From Amoeboradix gromovi X-113 (Eukaryota; Fungi; Sanchytriomycota), in assembly GCA_018985225.1 (NCBI GenBank), contig JADGIF010000315.1:1-11122 (forward strand): a stretch of 11,122 bases of DNA, read 5' to 3'. Shown piece after piece: positions 1-8,827 of the stretch. The position numbers and the translations under genes are program-made. How positions within the stretch are numbered: the first letter of the stretch is position 1; each line of letters opens with the position of its first letter. The notes beneath the pieces were generated by a model. That model was given only the letters and a program-made list of their open reading frames with translations, did not search any database and was not told the DNA's origin.

Positions 1-144
1 TATTTATTTTCCTTTTATACTCGTCAACTCCGCAACTAGCTGAATGTCCACTCGCCTCTTGAATCCATAAAATTAATGAAGCTGAAATAATGTTCCAATT
101 TGTTACAGAAAGTTAGTCCAGTTTTATATTTGATGTCCCATGTG
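1..144 (-). mobile_element. Partial second copy of the MITE at 3580-4043 (TIR end plus subterminal region), inverted, running off the left edge of the window
   Basis: The reverse complement of 1-144 aligns to 3580-3723 with 7 substitutions and 2 single-base indels by hand count (about 94%). It ends in ...GATGTCCCATGTG followed by TA (145-146). Confidence 0.85.
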
Positions 145-1382
145 TAGAAATATGAAGTAAATCGTTTTCTTAGCCTCAATTTTGTTCATCAAAAAATTAA
201 AAAATATTAAGGTGACGTAAGGTTAGGCTTGAAATGCCAATAAGAAAAATCAAATACTGTTAGTGTTCAAGAAACTCGAGGATAGTATTATATGGCCGGC
301 ACCCACAATTACCTGTCCAGAACTTAATTAGATTAAACAATTAGGGCCACTCGTGAAAGTGCGTCATTTTGTACATACGAATACAGATATACGACATGTC
401 TGAGGTAAACTACAGCCACTAAGAAAGCTCATGTTTAAATTCAAATTCATCTTGAAGAGCAAAACAATTTCTCTTGTTAGACAAATGCTCAGGCTTTCTT
501 CTGTACTGCAATTAAATAGTGGTCCTTTATCGCTTTTAGTAAATGCCATCGTATATTTCAAACACTGCTTGTCAAATTCTTTAACAAAAAATACTAATTT
601 GCCTCTATCTAATTCATGCGCATATTCAAAGGTTCTTTTATATTGTGATATTATTTGCCAATATTCTCTTTGTAAGCTTTTGCCAATTCATATACAATAA
701 CGGTCATCATATAAAATTACAATCTGCTATATCCTGACTTGCACTGTATGTAGAAGCAGACGCCGACTGAAGGGTAGAAGAACAACTTGGCTTCTTCAAA
801 TGCCTTGACTCCAATCAACAACGCAAGTCAGTTAAAACTTGCCTTCAAATAATCTCGTTTTGGTTAAATTTATATCTGAAGATGGTTGGATTGTGCTACA
901 ACCAGATCGCAAGGTAGTCAGACTCTCGGTTCCTTTAATGTTGCAGATTGCGCTTTCTGAGTAGTCCATGCTGCTTAACTTCAACGAAAATAAACGGTAA
1001 ACCACTCTCATTGAAGTATTCTTATTAATGCTGGTATTACATTAACTGCTACAGAATGATGAATATTTGCGATTGTAAAGAAAGAGTCCTTGGATATACC
1101 AAGAGGATAGAATTTAATCAAAAAAGTCTCCAAATTATCATCCACCCACACAAATACGAAATGGCGCGATGGTTCAGATTGAAATATTTATTTAATTAGA
1201 ATCTGGTGCTGCCTAAATTGCAGAATTAGCAATTTAATCATATTCGGCAGTGATAGTTTACCAGTCAGTGTACAGTTTCTCTTCAATTGATTTGAAAAAC
1301 TTTCAAGTTCTCTTTATTTGAGGATTACTCGTTCTGTAATCCGAGTACAGTATACATGAGAATTTGACAGCAGGTTTCTCCT

Positions 1383-2324
1383 TTACGACGCATTGATCTG
1401 CTTATTAAATGAGATTTTGTTTCCATTTTTCACTACTTTGAAGCCTATTTTACTGAGCGATTCTTCTACTGACGGATGAACAGACTTAAGTTGCATATTT
1501 AATATAAAGTCATTGTACTCTTGGATGCGTGTTAATCTGCTAATTGCTAGTACAGCTGGCTCTCTAGTAAATGGGATGTTTTGATCATATTGACAGCATT
1601 CTAATAAAACTGCTAATAGGTTATATCCCTCATTAATTGGCAATGATTTTATGATGACATCCTCCATTAGTGAGGCGATAAGGTTTAACAATAATGGTTT
1701 CTTCACTTCAATTGGAGATGGAACGCGAGATGGTTCACATAGCCTACTTGCTGGCTGATGAGTGCTTATGAGAATTTTTGAGGCAAGCTTCAATATAGGC
1801 ATAGATACTATCGAGTGATCGAATACAAGAAGATCTAAAAGATCAAGTAGCCTAGGAGATTGAGGTATCCGTTGAAGATGAGGAATAATGGCTAGAGCAA
1901 TAGATGCGTCATGGCATAATTCATAGATTAATTCTACGTTTGACAAAGATGAAAGCAAGTCTGGCTCCAATTCAACAAGTTTGTTACAAACATCAAAAAC
2001 AAAAGGATTGGAGATTTGAGTTACAAATATCAAGTCCCAATCTAACATAATGATGCATTCATTGTCAGCAGCGCACACATTTAATAAAAATATCAATACA
2101 TCAGGGCATTTTAATGATTCTTTGTAAATAACTGAGGATTTCCAGACTTGAACTACAATTTTGGCATAGTCACGGCGGTTAACTATGATATTATTTAATA
2201 GTCGCACTCGCTTGTTTATGTCGTACGCTGATTTACAAAGATCAACATAGATACCATCATTGAAAGCTTTAGTCTGCAAGGATTCGTTGTTGATTACACG
2301 TTGCAGAACGGAGATGTGCGACAT
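1383..2324 (-). CDS. ATXN10: Ataxin-10 / Ctr86-like armadillo-repeat protein (313 aa)
   Basis: The C-terminal LLECCQYDQNIPFTREPAVLAISRL...ESLSKIGFKV resembles the ataxin-10 domain consensus (IL..C.ID..NPF.REWA.LAIRNL...L...G). The rest of the protein is helical and Leu-rich. Confidence 0.75.
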   Translation of the reverse strand: MSHISVLQRVINNESLQTKAFNDGIYVDLCKSAYDINKRVRLLNNIIVNRRDYAKIVVQVWKSSVIYKESLKCPDVLIFLLNVCAADNECIIMLDWDLIFVTQISNPFVFDVCNKLVELEPDLLSSLSNVELIYELCHDASIALAIIPHLQRIPQSPRLLDLLDLLVFDHSIVSMPILKLASKILISTHQPASRLCEPSRVPSPIEVKKPLLLNLIASLMEDVIIKSLPINEGYNLLAVLLECCQYDQNIPFTREPAVLAISRLTRIQEYNDFILNMQLKSVHPSVEESLSKIGFKVVKNGNKISFNKQINAS

Positions 2325-2513
2325 GGAGTAATAAAATAATTTGGAATAAATTAGTGTAGGGCAGCAAATCTACGCATGCACTGGTTACTTTTCAGCTCAT
2401 ACTATTTGCAAGATTGCTAATAAAGACCTTAACTATAGAGATATTTGAAAACTAGATCTTTTTAAACGAACAAACAAAACGATAAGACTAGCCTAAAGAT
2501 TACCCATATTTTA

Positions 2514-2813
2514 TTACCTGCATATAGACGACATATTTCTTTTCTGACTCTCTTCTTTGCCTTTATAACTTTCACCATTGCGCAGTGGATATTCAGTATA
2601 CAAAGATAACTATTTCACTTTACTTTTCGGAAGCTGAAGTTGCCTTAACTTGTATCCACGACTGTAGCCGCCAAGTAAACAACTTTTATCACATTCTTTA
2701 CTAGCATACTTCATATTTGAAAGCGATGTTATCCCAAACACACGTTTTCCATGACTGCAATTTGTTGGATTTCTTAATGATAATATTAGTATTAGATTAG
2801 CTGTTTGACAAGA
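2514..2813 (-). pseudogene. Possible decayed RNase T1-like (fungal ribonuclease / RNase-like effector) coding remnant
   Basis: The frame reads TANLILILSLRNPTNCSHGKRVFG...LGGYSRGY...VK*LSLYTEYPLRNGESYKG, with one internal TAG (2610-2612) and no ATG at the start of the frame. The motif order loosely resembles RNase T1 (YPH.Y...YYEWPILSSGDVYSG). Resemblance judged by eye only. Confidence 0.2.
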
Positions 2814-3579
2814 TTATTAATACGGCTTGGGGTACTTTCCTGGGGTTTCATACGTCTTATAATTTGCATCTTTTACAAATTTGCTGACTACTTTTCACAG
2901 GACATGTGTAAGTATTACATTCCACATTTCCACTTTATTATGATAAAAGCAAATCCAAATATCAAGTGCATCTGAGATAAAGTCATCCAACTATATGCTC
3001 TGAATTTGGATAATTGTTTAATAATCTTATTCCCTTTCTAGCAGCTTAGCACCTACTGAAAAATGAAAAGCACGAGTTCGACGATATTTAAAATGGTATT
3101 TACTACACTTCGCTATTTCCGAATTTGCTAGTTAACTCAGCAGCAGTACTCTTTTTTGGTAGTTTTTAGACTTTGAATCACTCGGATGCTTCCGACTGAT
3201 AACCAACTGGAATTAACACTATTTAAAACAAGAAGCCTGTTGAGTAAAGTCGTAAATATCAGAGTGTTGAAAACTATTCGGATAACTGTCCTAATTATAT
3301 CATTTGTTTCGAATTTCACGTTAAAGCCGCTGTTGATGTTGAAGAAATCAGTAGAAAAACCAGCTAAAAACGAATTCTTCATTGTTATGGTAGCACTTTT
3401 TACAAACAACTTAGATACCTGAACTGTAGCAGCCATTTAATATGTGCTATATAATAGCGGGTTGCACTACATTTTAGTTCATGCTGTATTATAGGTTGAT
3501 TACACTGATAGTCGGAAAGCACTACTGTAAGAAATAAAGAAATTAGTGAGAGCATCTAAAATTGAGCCTTTTAGAAATG

Positions 3580-4043
3580 CAAAAGGGACATCAAATATAA
3601 AAACTGGACTAACTTTCTGTAACAACTTTGAACATTATCTCAGCTTTATTAATTTATGGATTCAAGAGGCGAGTGGACATTCAGCTAGTTGCGGAGTTGA
3701 CGAGTACAAAAGGAAAATAAATATTATGTACAGGTATTCTCTTACTCTTTCATCCAATCTTTATTTCAAATAAAATATCACTATTACACTTCAAAGAAAT
3801 AGATAAGAGTAATGATGTTAGTATAGCATTACGAAATGACTCTAAAAAAGAGTACCGTCTAAGAAAATGCACCTTTTGCTTAGATGCTCAAAGGTCTCAT
3901 CTACTTTTATTTTGAAGAGGGGATTGAAAGTAATGAAAGATAATTGGTATAAAAGAAGATCTTTTATTAATGATAGCATTTCCTCCGTATGGTGCACCTT
4001 GAAAAACGAGTTAGTCTAGTTTTTATATTTGGTGTCCCATGTG
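3580..4043 (+). mobile_element. Non-autonomous DNA transposon (MITE), 464 bp, 35-bp TIRs, possibly Tc1/mariner-type
   Basis: Left TIR 3580-3614 CAAAAGGGACATCAAATATAAAAACTGGACTAACT versus reverse complement of 4009-4043 CACATGGGACACCAAATATAAAAACTAGACTAACT (31/35 identical). A second copy is at 1-144. No transposase ORF. A TA flank is seen only at the 1-144 copy (TG/TT here), so the superfamily is tentative. Confidence 0.8.
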
Positions 4044-4266
4044 TTTGTTACAATTTAATAAAACATTTCTTTGTAGTGATTGGTGGATTTAGCCACTAAA
4101 ATAATTTAAAATAATTATCTAGAAGAGAACTTGGAAAAATGATGCGAATGCAAGTTAGGTAGAGCCTCAAGGAACTCTCTCGTAATGAGCTAGTGACTTC
4201 AAGGGCCACTTATCGACTTGCAGTCTGCAGCTTAACTGGTCACATCAAATGCTTGCCAGAAATAAA

Positions 4267-5124
4267 CTAGCGGCGGTGATCCAGTTTTACAAATGATACA
4301 GCAGGGCCACATTCTATGTCTATTGCATTGTCAAGTAGCCTTTGGAACTTAATATTCTCTTCTTCGGATTTCAAGTTGTAGTGCTCATTCCACCCCCACC
4401 CAAAAACGGTTTTATTTGATAGCAACAAGTAGTGCTCGGACCCTGCTACTATTTTATCTATCGGAAAATCCATGAGCACATGATTGACTTTGGTGTTAGT
4501 GGCACCTAGTTGCAGTAAATTGTTCTTCCCGACCGCGTAAAACTCATTGTTCTTATACAAGACAACGCTACTCCATCCCAGTGCTATATTGTAGTTATCA
4601 TATCTCTTAATGTATTCCACTTCGATATCCATAAATTTGCCAAGAGTTGTATACTTTGACCCCTGTTTCAGTATAGATCTATTGTTGCACGCTAGAACTA
4701 TGTCTACATTTGAATAAAGCAAAGTGAACTCTGTGTAGTTGCAGTCATACAATGACAATTGGTTTTGCTTATTGTTTCCCTTTCCATAAAGGTCACCATT
4801 CTTGCACAACAGCCACTCATGCGATATTCCGCCAGCAGCACAAATTATATCCGGAATAATAATTTCCAGATTAGTTGTGAAATTTAAAACATGATCATCC
4901 TTGACTGTATACAGATTGTTCCAAGAGCCTATGACCAGCGTATTTACTGAATGACTATCTACTTTAGTAATAACTGTGCTATGGAGCTTGTTGCCAAGTG
5001 CAACATAATCTTTACCACTGATGATATTGTTACATTCTGGCAACAAACTCCAAGACCTAATATATTCTGACTCTATATCTACTATTTTGGGATCATTATT
5101 ACCACAGCACATCCAGGGTGTCAT
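4267..5124 (-). CDS. RCC1-repeat beta-propeller protein, Ats1/Kti13/SERGEF-like (about 285 aa from Met61 of the listed ORF)
   Basis: RCC1 repeats: AAGGISHEWLLCKNGDLYGKGNNKQNQL, IALGWSSV...FYAVGKNNLLQLG, IVAGSEHYLLL...VFGWGWNEHYNL (GSEH and WGWNEH are typical of SERGEF/Ats1). The start at 5124 is preferred because MTPWMCCGNN matches the family's N-terminal xxxGxN half-blade. The 60 upstream codons (to 5304) show no family features. Confidence 0.75.
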   Translation of the reverse strand: MTPWMCCGNNDPKIVDIESEYIRSWSLLPECNNIISGKDYVALGNKLHSTVITKVDSHSVNTLVIGSWNNLYTVKDDHVLNFTTNLEIIIPDIICAAGGISHEWLLCKNGDLYGKGNNKQNQLSLYDCNYTEFTLLYSNVDIVLACNNRSILKQGSKYTTLGKFMDIEVEYIKRYDNYNIALGWSSVVLYKNNEFYAVGKNNLLQLGATNTKVNHVLMDFPIDKIVAGSEHYLLLSNKTVFGWGWNEHYNLKSEEENIKFQRLLDNAIDIECGPAVSFVKLDHRR

Positions 5125-5709
5125 TGAAACAGAAATTAAGGAGAGAAAATGTCTGGAAAAAGCAGAACTATTTAAGTACATATTCGACTTTGTACACAGT
5201 GAGATAGCAGAAACAATGCAATTGCCATTTTTGTTGTACTTACAACTTCTAGCACTAAAATAAATCATTATTTCATGAAGTTCCTTCACTTCACCATATG
5301 TCATATTTTCAAGCCATCACTAGTTGTCTGTTAACCAGTCGCATCCTTCTCAAACCTACTGGCAGTAATTATATTTTAGTTTTAGTGTAATGATCTGACC
5401 GAGATAGCATAGTTTTGTGTACCTTTCTGATGGTATTTAGGGCACAGATGATTAAGATGCTAGTAGAAGTTTTCAAGTCAAACTGCTACCTATTTCAAGC
5501 ACCTCTTAATGATGCTACTTCATAGAGCATTTGATAATGCCGCTTATTCTGGAATTGTCATATAATCTTGGATGTGTTAGTCAAGGGTTACGGGCATATC
5601 CTCAACACCTTTTGTAGCCAGGTTGCGCTTGCAGTACTTTGCTTGGTTCAGAGTACGTACGCATGAGTATTGTTGTTTAAAAATTATTAATTATTCAGAT
5701 TTACTAAAT

Positions 5710-7210
5710 TTACAAAACCTTTTCTCTCTTGAGATCCTTCATAATCAGCGCTTGCCTTTTCAGTGTATGTAATGCGTCCTCCCATAGAATAACCAACTCG
5801 TTGGTCAGTTTTTCGCAACTTGATTTTTCCTCTATTAATCCATCGATTCCATTAAAGAGCTCTGTGGTATTCATTTCATAGCTCTCAAGCTTCTGTTTTT
5901 TTCGTTGTAGTAGATCCAATGTCTGTTGCTGCTGCAGTAGCTTCTCTTGGATACTCTGCTTTTGGTTCAACAAACAGGAATCCAAATGATCCAACTGCTC
6001 AATCAACTGACTAGTATAATTTGACAAGTTCTACATTATCCTAAAGTACCTTTCGATAGTTATCATAATGCAAGGTGCTGTGTTTTAGTTGGTCTTGTAG
6101 CGTACTCATTTCATGATTTATTTCCATTACTAATTCCCCAAAATGATCTATTTGCTCATTTATCATGGTTATAGCCTCCTGCAAGCTGTGGTTTTGATTT
6201 ACCAGTTGAATTTTGTAATCAGAATAAAACGCAAAAATATCATCCAAAGATGTTGGACCCTCTACTTGACCTGTAGCATAGTTTATTGATATAGGCTTTG
6301 GATTGGGAAGTGAATAGGTCGTTTGCATATACATCTGACTGTTCACATCTAGCTGATCAGTAACTTTTTGAATTTGAATTTCCAGCTCCCAAATTGCGTT
6401 CTTTTTCTGGTCAGACATTTTAATTAGCTGCTCAAGATTAGCACTAAGTGTATTCTTTTGTTGTATTAAATGATCATGAGAGGGTAAGACCTCCAGTTGC
6501 GATTTTAAATTTATCTGCTCTTCTAATTTTAACTGTTTTTCATGCAATTCGATAGACAACTCACTGATACTAGAAGATATAGTCGACTCCTTGGCGTTCA
6601 GCTGTTGCATATATCTCTCAAATTCAAGCAAATCAGATTTCAAATTTGCCTGAGCTTCTATAAACTTGGGTAATTCAGGTGAAAACAAACTAATTTGCTC
6701 TTTTAAGCTTTCACAATGCTGCTGTAGTTCATGAACATGACCTACATTGTTAGATTCAAGCAATTTCGATTGGAATTGTTGAAAATGACAAGAAAAATCA
6801 TCCTCGCCCTGAACAAAATCTTTATAGCAATCTACTAAATAATCAACCATGGGGTCCTGATCATTAACTTGTTCCTGTATCAGTATAATTAGTTCATGGA
6901 GCCATACCAACATTCCGAGGCAATAAGGCCAGGATTGAGAAGCACCGGGTGAATTTAGATGCTGTTTTAGTTGATCAACATTAGGATATTGCAGCTGTTT
7001 TAGTATTAGAGCCATATCGTCCTGAATACGTTTTTTATATTGATACAAAGGATTGAGCTGTTTGTACATGATTTGAAATATTTGAGAGAATTCTTTCATG
7101 GTAGGTGACTTCAATTGTTTATCATTTAAGTTTGGACAGTATGGACGAATGTATTGAATATTCTGTTGTATGACATCTTTATGTCTTAAATTGCGTTGAT
7201 CCCGTAGCAT
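5710..7210 (-). CDS. NDC80: Kinetochore protein Ndc80/Hec1; exons 7210-6050 and 6030-5710; 493 aa after splicing
   Basis: CH-domain motifs RDQRNLRHK (cf. KDPRPLxDK), SPTMKEFSQIFQIMYKQLNP, LKQLQYP and SWPYCLGMLVWL, then a long coiled coil. Removing 6031-6049 joins the two listed ORFs in frame (...NYRK|NLSNYTSQ...). Confidence 0.9.
6031..6049 (-). other. 19-nt spliceosomal intron (phase 0) in NDC80
   Basis: GTACTTTAGGATAATGTAG. GT-AG ends, contains the in-frame TAG that ends the upstream ORF, and its excision restores the frame. Confidence 0.88.
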
Positions 7211-7255
7211 AGATGTTGTTTCAAATCACAATAATAATTTTTGGTTCTTCAAACG
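7211..7255. promoter_or_regulatory. 45-bp divergent intergenic region (putative bidirectional promoter) between NDC80 and the DHHC gene
   Basis: ATGs at 7210 (-) and 7256 (+). AT-rich core ATAATAATTTTT containing the palindromic AATT at 7236-7239. Confidence 0.6.
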
Positions 7256-8438
7256 ATGCAACAAGTATTTTTGAAATTTTTATTGTTTTTAATACTAACT
7301 CTGGCAGTGGTGCTGATCATATGGTTGTTCGGACCATCTGCTACACAAAGTAAAAATAGATTCGTTAGGTTAGTTGGAGTTTTGTATTTGAAATTAGATT
7401 TATTGTTTTCCAAAACTTACAAAATCTTGAACAAACTTACTCCAATTTGGTTCCAGAATTGGTTTTCTTTTGTAGCTTTCAAGAGGCATCCATTGATGCA
7501 AGTTTTGTTTGTAGCACTGTATGGTACTGGCGTTCTGGTATTTCTATTGAATGGATATTCTAGATTGGCCAATAATTCGTTAAGTATATTCCACTCTTAC
7601 TTTTCTTTGTTCGTCATCTATATGCAGTGCTATTTTTTCTATAAGGCCTGTTTCGCTAATCCTGGGATCATAAACAATAAAAATGCAAAAGTAGCTTATC
7701 AACACTACCCGATTGATAACATCATTTTTTTTGATCAAGACTGTAAGACTTGCAAGTTTAAGAAACCAGCTAGAAGTAAACATTGCAGTTTATGTAACGT
7801 TTGTGTCGCAAAATCTGATCATCACTGCCCTTGGCTAAATGCTTGTGTGGGTCAGAACAATATTAAATTTTTCTTTGGCTTCTTGCTTTGGCTAGTGTTT
7901 TCATGTTACTACTGCTTTTATCTTGTGTTCTACACATTTATGGATGAGATGAAGGAGCTGGGTATGATTGATCGAATTTACACAATTGCCGATTGGATGA
8001 TGATATGGAGAGGGCCTATAGTGCCATTTCGGTTTGTAGTGAACGGTAAGAAAGGTAACACATTTAATATAACTGTTATACAAACGCTGCAAGTACTTAA
8101 AATTCATCTAGATTTATGCACTGAATGATCCCTATTTAGCAATACTGGCATTGACTGCGATAGTTACAAGTGGAGTGGTTTTACTTTTTACTATATACCA
8201 TCTATACATTAATTTAATAAACGGGATGACTCAAAATGAGTACATGAAATATGACGATGTCATGTTTTATTTGAAGCAAAAAAAGATATATTATGATGGA
8301 AAGTTTCTGATTAATGTTAAAGAGGATGGACAGAGGCCTATAGACGATTCTGTATTTGAAAGAATCCCCCCATTTACTTACAACCGGGGGTTTATAGGGA
8401 ATATTATGCTCATACTTTTTCCACCATCTATGGACTAG
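7256..8438 (+). CDS. SWF1: DHHC palmitoyltransferase, Swf1/ZDHHC4-like; exons 7256-8092 and 8112-8438; 387 aa after splicing
   Basis: DHHC-CRD CKTCKFKKPARSKHCSLCNVCVAKSDHHCPWLNACVGQNN and multiple TM helices. The last TM, the TTxE-like motif (MTQNE) and the C-terminal YNRGFIGNI lie in the second ORF. They join in frame on removing 8093-8111 (...IQTLQ|IYALNDPYLAILALTAIV...). The first in-frame ATG is 7256. Confidence 0.88.
8093..8111 (+). other. 19-nt spliceosomal intron (phase 0) in the DHHC gene
   Basis: GTACTTAAAATTCATCTAG. GT-AG ends, and its excision fixes the frameshift between ORFs 7241-8128 and 8151-8438. Confidence 0.88.
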
Positions 8439-8827
8439 TTAATAAATAGGATACAACAATCCAATTTGGCAAACCAATACATTCGCAAGACATTTCACTC
8501 ATCGCTCTCACGATAATGAACCAAGTCACTTCAGCCTTATAATCAGAAAGAAGCTTGAGATGTGATTAAACGCTGAAGTTGATTGACTAGTACTTTTAGT
8601 TTCTCTGGAAACTTCTGATTTCAGGGAAACCGCAGCTTTTTATGATTATACCATTCAAGGAGCTCAATCGTGATCGTTAATTATTCCGAAATAGTGCTGG
8701 CAATGAGCAGAAAAATTAGGACTGACACAAATGAAGCCGGTGATCTATTCTTTGATACTTTCACATCTTTATCAATGGTTTCGATATTTGGTTGTATAAG
8801 TAGATACAATTTCTCTCACATCTCCGC

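Noticed and set aside
2578-2588. TTGCGCAGTGG matching the U4 snRNA 5' end
   Set aside because: Only 11 nt, with no following kink-turn stem or U6-pairing stem I.
3137-3436. Overlapping ORFs 3137-3436 (-) and 3186-3422 (+)
   Set aside because: No recognisable motif on either strand. They may be decayed coding DNA but cannot be supported as genes.
3546-3773. 75-aa ORF
   Set aside because: GTG start, runs through the MITE TIR, and the other MITE copy has indels across it.
5236-5252. GTACTTACAACTTCTAG, a 17-nt intron-like string
   Set aside because: Wrong length, no A at -6, and splicing gives only a short unrecognisable peptide.
5125-5304. 60-aa N-terminal extension of the RCC1-like ORF
   Set aside because: No family similarity. 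Met at 5124 fits the family N-terminus and the upstream AATT pattern.
5617-5647. TTGCAGTAC in a hairpin, resembling U2 snRNA stem-loop IV
   Set aside because: No upstream U2 branch-recognition sequence (GTGTAGTA) or properly placed Sm site.
5577-5664. Minus-strand micro-ORF with a 19-nt GTACGT...AAG candidate intron (5642-5660) behind an AATT-containing leader
   Set aside because: Deviates from the intron consensus (donor +5, AAG acceptor) and yields only 22 aa (MPKYCKRNLATKGVEDMPVTLD) with no recognisable homology. RNA data would be needed.
6028-6049. Stop-codon reassignment (TAG/TAA=Gln) or programmed frameshift as the explanation for the split genes
   Set aside because: Read-through of the TAG does not reach the downstream frame. 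Long ORFs have no internal TAA/TAG and end in TAA/TAG at the expected C-termini. The 19-nt GT-AG introns explain both splits.
8585-8600. GACTAGTACTTT resembling the U3 snoRNA GAC/A' box
   Set aside because: Box A and correctly ordered C', B, C and D boxes are absent.
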